From contig OZ037767.1 in assembly GCA_964035545.1 (NCBI GenBank), positions 31,574,628 to 31,638,627 of the forward strand: a DNA stretch of 64,000 nucleotides, written 5' to 3'. This DNA is from Bugula neritina (taxonomy: Eukaryota; Animalia; Bryozoa). The notes beneath the pieces were generated by a model. The model worked only from the letters and a program-made list of their open reading frames with translations, was not told the origin of the DNA and made no database searches. This document shows, in pieces, positions 44,401 to 58,785 of this stretch. The position numbers and the translations under genes were made by a program. The first letter of the stretch is position 1, and each line of letters begins with the position of its first letter.

Positions 44401-47400
44401 GGAGTATTATACTTATATTATAGTATTATACTTATATGGGAGTATTACACTTATATTATAGTATTATACTTATATGGGAGTATTATACTTATATTATAGT
44501 ATTATACTTATATGGGAGTATTACACTTATGTTATAGTATTATACTTATATTATAGTATTATACTTATATTATAGTATTATACTTATATGGGAGTATTAT
44601 ACTTATATTATAGTATTATACTTATATGGGAGTATTACACTTATGTTATAGTATTATACTTATATTATAGTATTATACTTATATTATAGTATTATACTTA
44701 TATGGGAGTATTATACTTATATTATAGTATTATACTTATATGGGAGTATTATACTTATATTATAGTATTATACTTATATGGGAGTATTATACTTATATTA
44801 TAGTATTATACTTATATGGGAGTATTATACTTATATTATAGTATTATACTTATATGGGAGTATTACACTTATATTATAGTATTATACTTATATGGGAGTA
44901 TTATACTTATATTATAGTATTATACTTATATTATAGTATTATACTTATATGGGAGTATTACACTTATATTATAGTATTATACTTATATGGGAGTATTACA
45001 CTTATATTATAGTATTATACTTATATGGGAGTATTATACTTATATTATAGTATTATACTTATATTATAGTATTATACTTATATTATAGTATTATACTTAT
45101 ATGGGAGTATTATACTTATATTATAGTATTATACTTATATGGGAGTATTACACTTATATTATAGTATTATACTTATATGGGAGTATTATACTTATATTAT
45201 AGTATTATACTTATATGGGAGTATTACACTTATGTTATAGTATTATACTTATATTATAGTATTATACTTATATTATAGTATTATACTTATATGGGAGTAT
45301 TATACTTATATTATAGTATTATACTTATATGGGAGTATTATACTTATATTATAGTATTATACTTATATGGGAGTATTATACTTATATTATAGTATTATAC
45401 TTATATGGGAGTATTATACTTATATTATAGTATTATACTTATATGGGAGTATTATACTTATATTATAGTATTATACTTATATGGGAGTATTACACTTATA
45501 TTATAGTATTATACTTATATGGGAGTATTACACTTATATTATAGTATTATACTTATATGGGAGTATTATACTTATATTATAGTATTATACCTATATGGGA
45601 GTATTATACTTATATTATAGTATTATACTTATATGGGAGTATTATACTTATATTATAGTATTATACTTATATGGGAGTATTATACTTATATTATAGTATT
45701 ATACTTATATGGGAGTATTACACTTATATTATAGTATTATACTTATATGGGAGTATTATACTTATATTATAGTATTATACTTATATGGGAGTATTATACT
45801 TATATTATAGTATTATACTTATATGGGAGTATTATACTTATATTATAGTATTATACTTATATGGGAGTATTACACTTATATTATAGTATTATACTTATAT
45901 GGGAGTATTATACTTATGTTATAGTATTATACTTATATGGGAGTATTATACTTATATTATAGTATTATATTTATATTATAGTATAAACCTATATGGGAGT
46001 ATTACACTTATATTATAGTATTATACTTATATGGGAGTATTACACTTATATTATAGTATTATACTTATATTATAGTATTATACTTATATGGGAGTATTAT
46101 ACTTATATTATAGTATTATACCTATATGGGAGTATTGTACTTATATTATAGTATTACACTTATATTATAGTATTATACTTATATTATAGTATTATACTTA
46201 TATGGGAGTATTATACTTATATTATAGTATTATACTTATATGGGAGTATTATACTTATATTATAGTATTATACTTATATGGGAGTATTATACTTATATTA
46301 TAGTATTATACTTATATGGGAGTATTATACTTATATGGGAGTATTATACTTATATTATAGTATTATACTTATATTATAGTATTATACTTATATGGGAGTA
46401 TTATACTTATATTATAGTATTATACTTATATGGGAGTATTACACTTATATTATAGTATTATACTTATATTATAGTATTATACTTATATGGGAGTATTATA
46501 CTTATATTATAGTATTATACCTATATGGGAGTATTACACTTATATTATAGTATTATACTTATATGGGAGTATTATACTTATATTATAGTATTATACTTAT
46601 ATGGGAGTATTATACTTATATTATAGTATTATACTTATATGGGAGTATTATACTTATATTATAGTATTATACTTATATGGGAGTATTACACTTATATTAT
46701 AGTATTATACTTATATGGGAGTATTATACTTATATTATAGTATTATACTTATATGGGAGTATTATACTTATATGGGAGTATTATACTTATATTATAGTAT
46801 TATACTTATATGGGAGTATTACACTTATATTATAGTATTATACTTATATTATAGTATTATACTTATATGGGAGTATTATACTTATATTATAGTATTATAC
46901 TTATATGGGAGTATTATACTTATATTATAGTATTATACTTATATGGGAGTATTATACTTATATTATAGTATTATACCTATATGGGAGTATTATACTTATA
47001 TTATAGTATTATACTTATATGGGAGTATTACACTTATATTATAGTATTATACTTATATTATAGTATTATACTTATATTATAGTATTATACTTATATTATA
47101 GTATTATACTTATATGGGAGTATTACACTTATATTATAGTATTATACTTATATGGGAGTATTATACTTATATTATAGTATTATACTTATATGGGAGTATT
47201 ATACTTATATTATAGTATTATACTTATATGGGAGTATTATACTTATATTATAGTATTATACTTATATGGGAGTATTATACTTATATTATAGTATTATACT
47301 TATATGGGAGTATTACACTTATATTATAGTATTATACTTATATTATAGTATTATACTTATATTATAGTATTATACTTATATGGGAGTATTATACTTATAT

Positions 47401-50400
47401 TATAGTATTATACTTATATGGGAGTATTACACTTATATTATAGTATTATACTTATATGGGAGTATTATACTTATATTATAGTATTATACTTATATGGGAG
47501 TATTATACTTATATTATAGTATTATACTTATATGGGAGTATTATACTTATGTTATAGTATTATACTTATATGGGAGTATTACACTTATATTATAGTATTA
47601 TACTTATATGGGAGTATTATACTTATATTATAGTATTATACTTATATGGGAGTATTATACTTATATTATAGTATTATACTTATATGGGAGTATTACACTT
47701 ATATTATAGTATTATACTTATATTATAGTATTATACTTATATTATAGTATTATACTTATATGGGAGTATTATACTTATATTATAGTATTATACTTATATG
47801 GGAGTATTATACTTATATTATAGTATTATACTTATATGGGAGTATTATACTTATATTATAGTATTATACTTATATGGGAGTATTATACTTATGTTATAGT
47901 ATTATACTTATATGGGAGTATTATACTTATATTATAGTATTATACTTATATGGGAGTATTATACTTATATTATAGTATTATACTTATATGGGAGTATTAT
48001 ACTTATATTATAGTATTATACTTATATGGGAGTATTATACTTATATTATAGTATTATACTTATATGGGAGTATTATACTTATATTATAGTATTATACTTA
48101 TATGGGAGTATTACACTTATATTATAGTATTATACTTATATGGGAGTATTATACTTATATTATAGTATTATACTTATATGGGAGTATTATACTTATATGG
48201 GAGTATTACACTTATATTATAGTATTATACTTATATGGGAGTATTATACTTATATTATAGTATTATACTTATATGGGAGTATTACACTTATATTATAGTA
48301 TTATACTTATATTATAGTATTATACTTATATGGGAGTATTATACTTATATTATAGTATTATACTTATATGGGAGTATTATACTTATATTATAGTATTATA
48401 CTTATATGGGAGTATTACACTTATATTATAGTATTATACTTATATGGGAGTATTATACTTATATTATAGTATTATACTTATATGGGAGTATTATACTTAT
48501 ATTATAGTATTATACTTATATGGGAGTATTATACTTATGTTATAGTATTATACTTATATGGGAGTATTATACTTATATTATAGTATTATACTTATATGGG
48601 AGTATTATACTTATGTTATAGTATTATACTTATATTATAGTATTATACTTATATTATAGTATTACACTTATATTATAGTATTATACTTATATGGGAGTAT
48701 TATACTTATATTATAGTATTATACTTATATGGGAGTATTACACCTATATTATAGTATTATACTTATATGGGAGTATTATACTTATATTATAGTATTATAC
48801 TTATATGGGAGTATTACACTTATATTATAGTATTATACTTATATGGGAGTATTACACTTATGTTATAGTATTATACTTATATGGGAGTATTATACTTATA
48901 TTATAGTATTATACTTATATGGGAGTATTACACTTATATTATAGTATTATACTTATATGGGAGTATTATACTTATGTTATAGTATTATACTTATATTATA
49001 GTATTATACTTATATGGGAGTATTATACTTATATTATAGTATTATACTTATATTATAGTATTATACTTATATGGGAGTATTATACTTATATTATAGTATT
49101 ATACTGTAGATTATAGTATTATACTGTAGATTATTAACCTTCAGAGTTGGAATACGGCCAACTTGTACTACGAAGGCAAAGTAGCCAACTGCAGCCCGCT
49201 TAGTTTCTATAGATTGATTATTGATGACTTCAATATCTGTTATAACTTCCACTTCTAGTAGTCGCTTAGAGGTGAAGGTCAAGTGTGCGTAGACTATCAT
49301 CATGGACCCTGAAAGGAGATATTCTATTCTATATACAGTATACTATCTATTCTATACACAGTATACTATATATTCTATATACAGTATACTATATATTCTA
49401 TATACAGTATACACAGAATCTACATAGAACCAGCTGCGGGTGGGGTATACACACCCCTCGGCACAAGTTCCAAGAAGCCAAACTGATAGCCACAGGCTAG
49501 AGGAATAGACTGAGTTCCAGTGTGTTTTCTAACAACCATAGAGGCGGCGTCTTCCATCACACCCATAATAGATCCGCAATGCATGTACAAATGGGCGCCG
49601 CAATCAGCCATGTTGACTATGTGTGTTATGACCACCTCGGAGTACCTGTTGGAGTTGATGATTTTTCCTAACAAAGAGTATAACATATACTATACAAGTA
49701 TATTACCTCTCCTATCAAAGAGTATAATATATACTATACAGTATACTACCTCTCCTATCAAAGAGTATAATATATACTATACAGTATACTACCTCTCCTA
49801 ACAAAGAGTATAACATATACTATACAAGTATACTACCTCTCCTATCAAAGAGTATAACATATACTATACAGTATACTACCTCTCCTATCAAAGAGTATAA
49901 TATATACTATACAAGTATACTACCTCTCCTATCAAAGAGTATAACATACACTATACAAGTATACTACCTCTCCTATCAAAGAGTATAATATATACTATAC
50001 AGTATATTACCTCTCCTATCAAAGAGTATAATACCTTTGCTAGTTCGCTCCTGCAACTCTCCACTGAAGTGAGGCCGATGAAACTCCACTCTGGACTGAC
50101 TCAGGTTCTTCCAGCCCTCCTTGTATTTCTCATACCTGTCCAAACTCTCCACTTCAAGAGATGCATCTAGGGCTAGTTTAGGAACTTTGGCTAACTTCCA
50201 CTCGTTACGCACGTTGAAGGACACAAACCAGGCAGACGACTTGCCAACTATTCGTCTGTTGCCTGAAATACCACAACTCTACAGTAATCATACACAGCTC
50301 TACACTAATCATACACAGCTCTATACTAATCATACACAACTCTACACTAATCATACACAACTCTACAGTAATCATACACAGCTCTATACTAATCATACAC

Positions 50401-52658
50401 AACTCTACAGCAACCATACACAACTCTACACTAATCATACACAACTCTACACTAATCATACACAACTCTACACTAATCATACACAACTCTACAGTAATCA
50501 TACACAACTCTACACTAATCATACAAAACTTTACACTAATCATACACAACTCTACACTAATCATACACAACTCTACACTAATCATACACAACTCTACAGT
50601 AATCATACACAACTCTACACTAATCATACAAAACTTTACACTAATCATACACAACTTTACACTAATCATACACAACTCTACACTAATCATACACAACTCT
50701 ACAGTAATCATACACAACTCTACACTAATCATACAAAACTTTACACTAATCATACACAACTCTACACTAATCATACACAACTCTACAGTAATCATACACA
50801 ACTCTACACTAACCATACAAAACTCTACACTAATCATACACAACTCTACACTAATCATACACAACTCTACACTAATCATACACAACTCTACACTAATCAT
50901 ACACAACTCTACACTAATCATACAAAACTTTACACTAATCATACACAACTTTACACTAATCATACACAACTCTACAGTAATCATATACATATAATCGTGA
51001 AGAGAAAAATCCCCCCCCCCCCCGCTGAGGAAGTTGTCACCCCAAATGCCATCTGTTTGATTGGGAATTACTGAGAATTAATTAGCTGCACAGCTAGCAC
51101 AATTATCCAACTGTTTTTTCTGTTCACAAAAGATGGCTATAAACTTTTACAAAGTCATTTTATATATACAAGTTCTGAAAATTTCCATTCTGCGAACAGC
51201 AAACAAAGCGAACAGCAAACAGAGTTTCCTTTCAGAGATGTTAATTTGTTCAAAAACACTGAACTGTGAATTTGAAAGAGACATACAGGACGCGAGGTTT
51301 TCACTCCAGACAACACTCTTGACCTCTATAGCAGTGGGAGAGGTGAAGTAAATGTCCGCTACACAGGTCAGGAGTTCACCGGCAAAGGCAGGGAGTAATA
51401 ACTCCAAATAATCAACATACACCATCCCACAATGCACTTGGTCATACAGATTCCCCTACAGTTATAACCCAGTGAAAGTACATTACGTTATGAATACATA
51501 TATTCATATAATGAATCCCTCTACCAATTCTAGCAAACTTGATGTATGCATTAATTAAAATTTACACATAAATAGGAGTTGTGCACACTCTACTTACAGT
51601 CCTTAGTGACTGGTCAGAAGACGTGTAGTTACAGTAGCGAGTGCACACAACACTTCCTGTCTCTTCAAACACCTTAAGTAACGTAGCAGCGCTAACTCTA
51701 CCAGCTACATTTGTTTCACTGACTTGCGTCATTCTAAAAATCAAGAAGAGACCTGTACTGATCATGATAATGCATTTTATTTTCATTTCCATTAATCGCT
51801 GCATGCATTGCATTGAAGTATTTAATATAGCTGGTAAGGGTCTACTAGTAATCTTAGTTATCTTACTATCTGGCTTTACATTATACTCCTACATATTGGC
51901 TAAGAAACAAAGAGTGAGTGAGTGAGTGAGTGAGTGAGTGAGTGAGTGAATGAGTGAGCGAGTGAGTGAGCGAGCGAGTGAGTGAGTGAGTGAGCCCCTG
52001 CACACACCTAGACAGGGTAACTGATCTATAACTGTTATTCATATCAAGGAACTCGTCAGTGGTTAAGTAACCATGACCATATCCAGGGTCATCTTCCCCG
52101 CCATCAGAGAATGTAGAGTCTCTCGGTTTACCTGAATTATACATTCAAATGCACTTCTACAGCTTAGAACTTCAACAAGTCATTATATTTGCTTTGCCTC
52201 AACACAAAAAACTAATATCAATTTAAGTCTAGGAGCAGGACATATCAAACTGTCTAAAATAAAAATTCCAGCTATTTGCAATATAAATATTTTTTTTCCA
52301 TTTTACAAAAATTGAGACAATAGCAAAAATATTCAAATAAAGGGCAGATGGCACTAGTACTATTACATAAAATAATTATAATGTGGTTTTTCAATTTCCA
52401 AATAAGATGTGCACCTATTTTCATATCATAAAATTCCAATTGCTTCAATGGTGTGCTACGAAAACTTATCACACTTGCTTAAAATAACATGAACGTACTC
52501 TTACCACCAAAAACATGTTCTTTATTAGCAAATGACACTCGGCTAGCACTGCGTGTGTTATGGTCTTTTGGTGGGTTCGCTGATTTGGGGACGTGAGTTA
52601 CACCATTCAACCCAACTTTGGAGATTCTGGTTGGATTCGTACTATGGCGTTTATTCAT
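35459..52658 (-). CDS. ACOT7-like double-hotdog acyl-CoA thioesterase. Exons (5' to 3') 52658-52505 (start uncertain), 52131-52008, 51733-51598, 51455-51287, 50262-50035, 49667-49455, 49308-49139, 35635-35459
   Basis: SRMTQVSETNVAGRVSAATLLKVFEETG; GELLTCVADIYFTSPTAIEVKSVVWSEN; HIVNMADCGAHLYMHCGSIMGVMEDAA; AHLTFTSKRLLEVEV; C-terminal TAEEEALFQEGQKRFDEM, colinear with ACOT7; splice phases are compatible. Confidence 0.8.
35620..37463 (-). repeat. ~83-bp (with 43-bp sub-unit) tandem array containing the last ACOT acceptor and exon start, interrupted by a LINE
   Basis: Minus-strand ...ATTCTTATGTAG|CTGAGTACAGCTGAA recurs in each long unit; real junction at 35636/35635. Confidence 0.9.
36259..37297 (+). 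mobile_element. 5'-truncated non-LTR retrotransposon (CR1/L2-group-like): RT C-terminal half, 3' UTR and (AAAC)n tail
   Basis: ILFADDTNLF, WCNKNKLTVNMSKT, FLGIIIDSHLSWQQH, LTYCLESWG, LWNKLP; open frame to 37107; tail AATAAAAAAACAAACAAACAAACAAAC. Confidence 0.9.
37990..49132. repeat. ~11-kb intronic satellite built from two 19-bp monomers
   Basis: A = AGTATTATACTTATATTAT, B = AGTATTATACTTATATGGG, mostly alternating. Confidence 0.97.
49668..50034 (-). repeat. 43/44-bp array making up a whole ACOT intron; each unit is GAGAG + GT...AG
   Basis: Minus-strand GAGAG|GTARTATACT(T)GTATAGTATATRTTATACTCTTTGWTAG x ~8. Confidence 0.9.
50272..50988. repeat. 21-bp intronic minisatellite
   Basis: ACAACTCTACACTAATCATAC repeated; source of the NHTQLYT ORF. 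Confidence 0.95.
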
Positions 52659-53389
52659 TCCCAATCAGAACAGATGTATGATAGTGTAAACCCAGATATA
52701 CAGCACAATTGGCTATTAACTTGAATCTACCACCAACTTCTAAAATTTTGAAAAATATTACAACAATAACCTGAAAGTAATAGAATTCATTGTTGGAAGG
52801 AACTTCTTTATTTTACTTTCTTATATCTGCCAGTTATTTTAAGTATTACTAGCTGAATACCTTGATGCCGCTGGTCAACCCAACCATAGGGTGTGTTATC
52901 CATGGTCGGACGTCTGACTGAGGCCTACTACCACGGATGGCATGATATGACTATAGATGAGCAAGGCATGATCAACATTCACACAGTTAACACCCCAGTT
53001 CTGCAAACTTCTATAGGAAATTGCAATAGTTGGAGAACTATGCTATCAGAAAAAAAATGAATCAAAGCAAAATGTAAAACTAATTGGAGTGAAAAGACTA
53101 CCAAAATATCTCAAAACTAAGCATGAGTTGAGATTTATTGCAGTGGAAAAGTATTTTCTGGAGTCAACAAAGAAACAGTCTTCCAAAATTAACTTCTTTT
53201 AGCAAAAAATATAATCTGCAGAAAGAATGACGTTTGTTAAGATATTCCTGCAGAGAAATTTTTGCGTAAGTGCTACTAGAAACCAGTAGAATTCCAATAA
53301 TGAGCATAATCAGAATATATATTTAGTTATCCAATGTTTCCGACAGAGCACATACTTGCATTTAAACGCCTTGCAGTATTATTATTATT

Positions 53390-53670
53390 ATTAAGTTATA
53401 CGACAGTACCAGTAGTGATTAACACTATCTGGACCGTAGGGCATTGGAGTGTCTTGCGACACTAAATACGATTAGACTGGATAACCGCAGTTGCATGAAA
53501 AGTTGAGTGAACAACTTTGATATTTACCTTTTAGCAACAGAAGTTAGTCTAGTTTAATCGTGTTAAAGTATTCGTGCGTCAGCGAACACACACTCTGCCT
53601 GTAAACGCGGTTTGCCCGAGACTAGTTTATTTGTCAGCGTATACAAACCGGTGTCTAGCGATCGCATTAA
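53390..53670. repeat. Dispersed repeat copy A (copy B at 54976-55250)
   Basis: GACAGTACCAGTAGTGAT...CTGGATAACC.CAGTTGCATGAAAAGTTGAGTGAAC...GTAAACGCGGTTTGCCCGAGACTAGT is shared. Confidence 0.85.
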
Positions 53671-54975
53671 CCTTATTTAGAGCTAATATCAACTTTATGT
53701 ACTAATATAATGGCTTAGGATATATTTCTACATATACTACGTCAGAATAAAATTATTTCAAATTGTAAAATACAATAGTTTTATAATTCTATACTTAATT
53801 TCTAAAAATATAATTGTCTTATACATGGGGAGAAAAACCCTAAAATGGAGTTGTACATAAAGGGGAGCCTTATTTAATTTATATAGGCAGAGATTGAGAT
53901 GATTGAGGATGGTAGGAAAGCTCCATTAACATGAATATACTAGTAGAGGTTGAAAATTAAATAAAACTTTGCAAATCGAAGGATTGTGAAATTTATTGAG
54001 AGACAAACCCCAAAAGACTAAAGTTTCTAGTTGTCTGCTCTTTATAAAAGAAGCATTGCATGACATCACAACTTTGCATGGTAGATTTGCCAACCCATGT
54101 TACACAGCAGATACAGCTTAGAGAACATTATAGTCTGCCATTGTTTTGATGAGCAGTCGCTGTTATGTGTTTTATACGCTGTTATGTGTTTCATACAGAG
54201 ACTTGAAAAATTTAAGTTTTAGAACTAGTTTAGGAATTTATGAAGATTATAATTCTCTTCAGTAATAGTTTACAATTGTGGCGAAAGTATGATAAAATAT
54301 ATCTTTCAGGCACGATTTTATCCGATAGTAATTAATTTTCTCAACAGGATTGTACAAAAATCTTGAAACCACCCAACAAATATTTTGAATGACTTTAAAA
54401 TGTATTGTTGGAGCTTATTTTTCATACCAATAGTAATAATGTACGATGTAAATCTACTCATGTTGGTGCTTATCACAAAACATATATAAATTATCTCAAA
54501 CTAAATAGTTTCCATTTAAACCTTCACAATTTTCAGTCAGAAGTTAAAATTAGCCAAGTTGAAATTTCAGCAAGTTGCACTGCATTGTTAAAGTCACAAG
54601 TCAAAATTTTTATACTTTGGTAACAGGACAAGTTCAGAATAATGGTACTCAACAGGAATAATAACTCCTTGTAAATATCAGTATTTATTTACGACTCTGG
54701 GGATTAGATGACATACTTGCATAATTATACTTCATAATTATATCGGCTACTCTTTCTCAATTACCGGTTTTATGCTGTCAATTTTGCTAAATCACGGGGC
54801 TTTCAAAGGGCATCAAATACCAATTATGCGAATCATATTTAACTATTAGAAAATAAATTAATAAGATTTCACGAAGCTACCGTAACCTACGAAAGTACAC
54901 TTAGGGCCGAGCATTACAATCTTGATAGATTTGTCAACAGAACTATATACTCGCAATAAGGTTGTTGCTTGATTA

Positions 54976-55250
54976 TTTAAGTTGTATGACAGTACCAGTA
55001 GTGATCACCACTATCTGGACCGTGGGCCAAGGAAGCGTCTTGCGACACTAAATACGATTTGACTGGATAACCCCAGTTGCATGAAAAGTTGAGTGAACAA
55101 CTTTGATATTTACCTTTTAGCAACAGAAGTTAGTCTAGTTAAATCGTGTGATAGTAATCGTGCGTCAATCAAACACACTCTGCATGTAAACGCGGTTTGC
55201 CCGAGACTAGTGTATTTGTAAGCGTACACAAAACGGTGTCCAACGATCGT
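54976..55250. repeat. Dispersed repeat copy B
   Basis: Same orientation and high identity to 53390-53670. Confidence 0.85.
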
Positions 55251-56009
55251 ACTTTTGTAATTTCAAATCAACAATAAACTTTCTACATTAGGTAATTACT
55301 TAAAATAATATTTACAAACATATTGTATAAAATTATTATATATTTAAAGTGTATGCTCAAATTAAAACTAATTTTAGATAAATTTATAACGAAAATAGTA
55401 ACTGTATGAATGGGGAGACAAACCCTAAAATATTATGCATGTAGTTGACATACCGCACAGGATACAATTTTTACCAACTAAAGCTATACGGAGTGTAGGT
55501 ATACTCATGGGAATCATTCAAGATTATAAGTAGGATCAGATGATAACAAGGATGGTTTCAAAAGTTTAAATTACTGGGTCAGCAAATTAGCCTGAGAACA
55601 CAACTCAACAAGCAGTATCTGCAGAATATAATAAATTAGAGTTTACAAACAACAGCATGCCTCCACAATGATGACTTCTCGCTATCAATTACCCTCATCA
55701 TGATTATCAAATTCAATATGAAAGTCAATACGTTGATATGAGAAATACCATTGTTTATTTACTTGTAGGGTGTCACTTTCAGCGTGACAGTGGGTGCCAG
55801 TCTAAGATTGAGATAAGTTGAACATTCTAACACTATATTATAGCAGAAGTTGTCATTCCCAAATAATTTGTATGATTGGGAAAATTACAAGCACAAGTGA
55901 CACAACTACTAGGCGGTTTTTTCTTTTTACAGTGGGAAGCTGTAAACTTCTACATTAACTCATTTTATATACATATTTGGATAATTTTGATTCTACAGAT
56001 GTGTTAAAA

Positions 56010-56257
56010 AAGCTGAACTGTGAATTTGAAACCAACATACAGAAACTTTGATACAAGATAGGAGGTTTTTACTCCAGATAACACATACACTAACAGTAAC
56101 ACTCTTAACATCTATAGCAGCAGCACTAGCAGTAGAAGAAGCAAAGCAAATGTCAGCTAGTGCTACACTAGCCAGAAATTCACCAGAAAGTTAGCAAAGA
56201 GTTACACTATTTCACAATGTACTTTGTCATACACTCATATAAAAATTCCCCTGCAGT
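56010..56257 (-). pseudogene. Decayed copy of the ACOT exon 51287-51455 and its intron flank
   Basis: CTGAACTGTGAATTTGAAA..ACATACAG, GAGGTTTT.ACTCCAGA.AACAC, CTCTT.AC.TCTATAGCAG, AAATGTC.GCTA, CACAATG.ACTT.GTCATACA, ATTCCCCT.CAG match in order, with indels. Confidence 0.7.
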
Positions 56258-58632
56258 TACTCATTGAATTTAATGTTGGAAATATATAATTGAAGACGGC
56301 AAGGTTTGAGTGTGAATGAAACTGAAAGCAACCAATGCATATTCATAATGATATGGACTACCTGGGCATCGAGTTAATGTTATTGCAATCAAAATTTCAA
56401 AATGATTTCTGCCTTTTAATAACCTTTAGAATTATCATTATGACAATTGACATGCATTATGATTATTAAAAATAACAATCAGGTTCATCAGCGTGAGACG
56501 CCAACTGAGAGTGGCTGTGAGTTTCGGGCTGTCAGCCACAATATTTCAGCATGAGTCTATCTCTTCTGGTCTGGGAGTGAGTTTCAATAGACTCAGACTG
56601 AGACGACCAAGAATGTTGAGGTAGTATAACTATAAGTATAACTAATTAACTATATAAGTATAACTCAATAAGTACTGTAAGTGTAAGGTGCTATTTAATA
56701 TAAAATTTACTGGTAAACATTATAAATATGACCTCACCTTAGTTGATAAGGATGCATAATTGTACTACTAATACTAATAGCCATAGTCATAGTGATACAC
56801 TGTTAGTGGTTTGAAGATAATAATCATAATAATTATAGTGATTCAGTATCACCCTCACATGTTAATAATTCTGCTAAGCAAAACTGTACAAAGAGAAAAA
56901 TTGCAGTTGCTCACAATCTTTTCAGATTATTGGCTACGCAATAGGACTTTCTAAAATTTGGCCAATAGATATGCGACTTTAAGACGCCTTATCAACCTTG
57001 CAAGCACGCGACTCTTGCTAACTAAATTGTAAGTACTTGTAGAAGATTATAATAATAAATTATTACTTTCACTTTGTTGTATTTTTAACAGCTGCAACTC
57101 TTACTTAGTAAATGTGGCACCTGCTTATACAGAGTACCACAGAACCTATAGTTTATTATTTAACGGCATCAATTCATGAATTAATATATAGTCAAATAAA
57201 CTACCACGCTAGTCATTCTCATTCTGATTCTCACTCTTAGTCTTACTCTTAGTTTTAGTCTTACAGTTACTCACTCTCAGTCTCACTCTGACTCTTAATC
57301 TTCCTATTTACTTTTAGTATTTAGATTATTATAATATTACATTCAATTAATTATTTAATTTTATTATTGCAACTTTAGGTTTTGCTCCCAGTTGTTAAAT
57401 TAAAATAAGCAAGGACATTAGCATGGTTATGACTCATGAGACTTAGCATAATCATAATGATAATAATAACTGTAAGCAATTCAATATGAATTATAATTAG
57501 AATATCAATATGAATATTAATTTTAAACTAAAACTTTATTCTGCAAAATGACAAATTAATTCTAACTTGCTGATTGGGCTTGAGCTACACTTGCTCACTT
57601 AGAGCTACTGACTTAAAGTTATTCTCCCTGCTGGTGCAAGTCTAATTTCAAGAATTGAGCAAAACAATTTGATTTGGAGACTACCAGTACCACTAACAGA
57701 TTCAGTTCTCAGTAAGCTAAAAGTGAAACTCAAAGACAAACTGAAACTGGCGAAAAATTTCCAACTACAAGCTGAGTTTGTGTTTTGAAGTATCGTCTTC
57801 AAATCTCTAATGCTTTGAGGGAGAAAACTTTTGTGAAAGGTCTGCAAAGATGCAGAAATAGACCGTTGTTTTTCGGTTAATTTTCTTTTAAAGTTAATAA
57901 TAGCAACATATACAGTTAGTTTTATATTAACAATAAGTACTAATTGTCACAGTCATTAAAAATATTTTATTACTTTATATTTTAAGGCTTGTCATCAACC
58001 CTTGTAAGTGTTTACCTCTAGCAACTTTTTTTGTTCTAGAAAGTTTTGCTTCTCATTAAGATTAATAAAGTTAAGCGTTTTCAACTTAATACTCAAATGC
58101 TTTTGTACCAGTTTATTAAATGTTATTTTGTACGGCCTAAAGTTATTGTAAATATATTGAGCAAAGACTGAGTTTATGTTAAAAGTTATAAGCATTTCAT
58201 ATTGGTGTTAGAAATATAAAGATAAAATACTATATTTTATATGATATCTTGTTTTTTGAGAGCAATTATTGGAAATTTGAAATTTTCAAATTTTTGCTTG
58301 CCTGGCTTTACTTTTAGATAGTTATAGTTGTTATGATTATATTTCAACTGGTATTTACATAGAAACAATATATATTGCTTTAGAGTTTGTGAATTTGTTA
58401 TTTATGTTAATATGAATTTCTTAGTTTTATAAAAAAAATTTTGATAAATTTTCAAAGAATTGCCTAGCAATTAAGGACATAAACATTACTAGTATTATAG
58501 TAATTAACCTAAATGTTAATTTTGCATAATCAACATTTATTTAGTTATTTAAAAAAGGGTGTATGCATTGTTTGTTGTCTTGTTAAAGTATATCAATATT
58601 TTGATAGAGTTGTGAAGAGTATTGAATAAAAA

Positions 58633-58741
58633 ATGGCTGAAGCTGAAACAAAAGGGAAGGTTGGCATTGTTGGAAGGTAGTTACTAACAAGTTATTACAT
58701 TGTTATATGCTGTTAGTGTACCAATATTACTGCTGCTGCTG

Positions 58742-58785
<44 letters not shown>

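Noticed and set aside
37990-49132. CRISPR-like or coding interpretation of the long array and its ORFs (46240, 46715, 48919)
   Set aside because: No unique spacers, eukaryotic intron context; the ORFs are translations of the satellite.
50121-51074. 317-aa NHTQLYT-repeat ORF and its antisense partner
   Set aside because: A stop-free 21-bp minisatellite inside an ACOT intron, antisense to the real gene.
56480-56545. Hammerhead ribozyme-like GAAAC...GTC...CTGATGA on the minus strand
   Set aside because: Only 5 nt between GTC and CTGATGA and no convincing stem II, so the core cannot fold.
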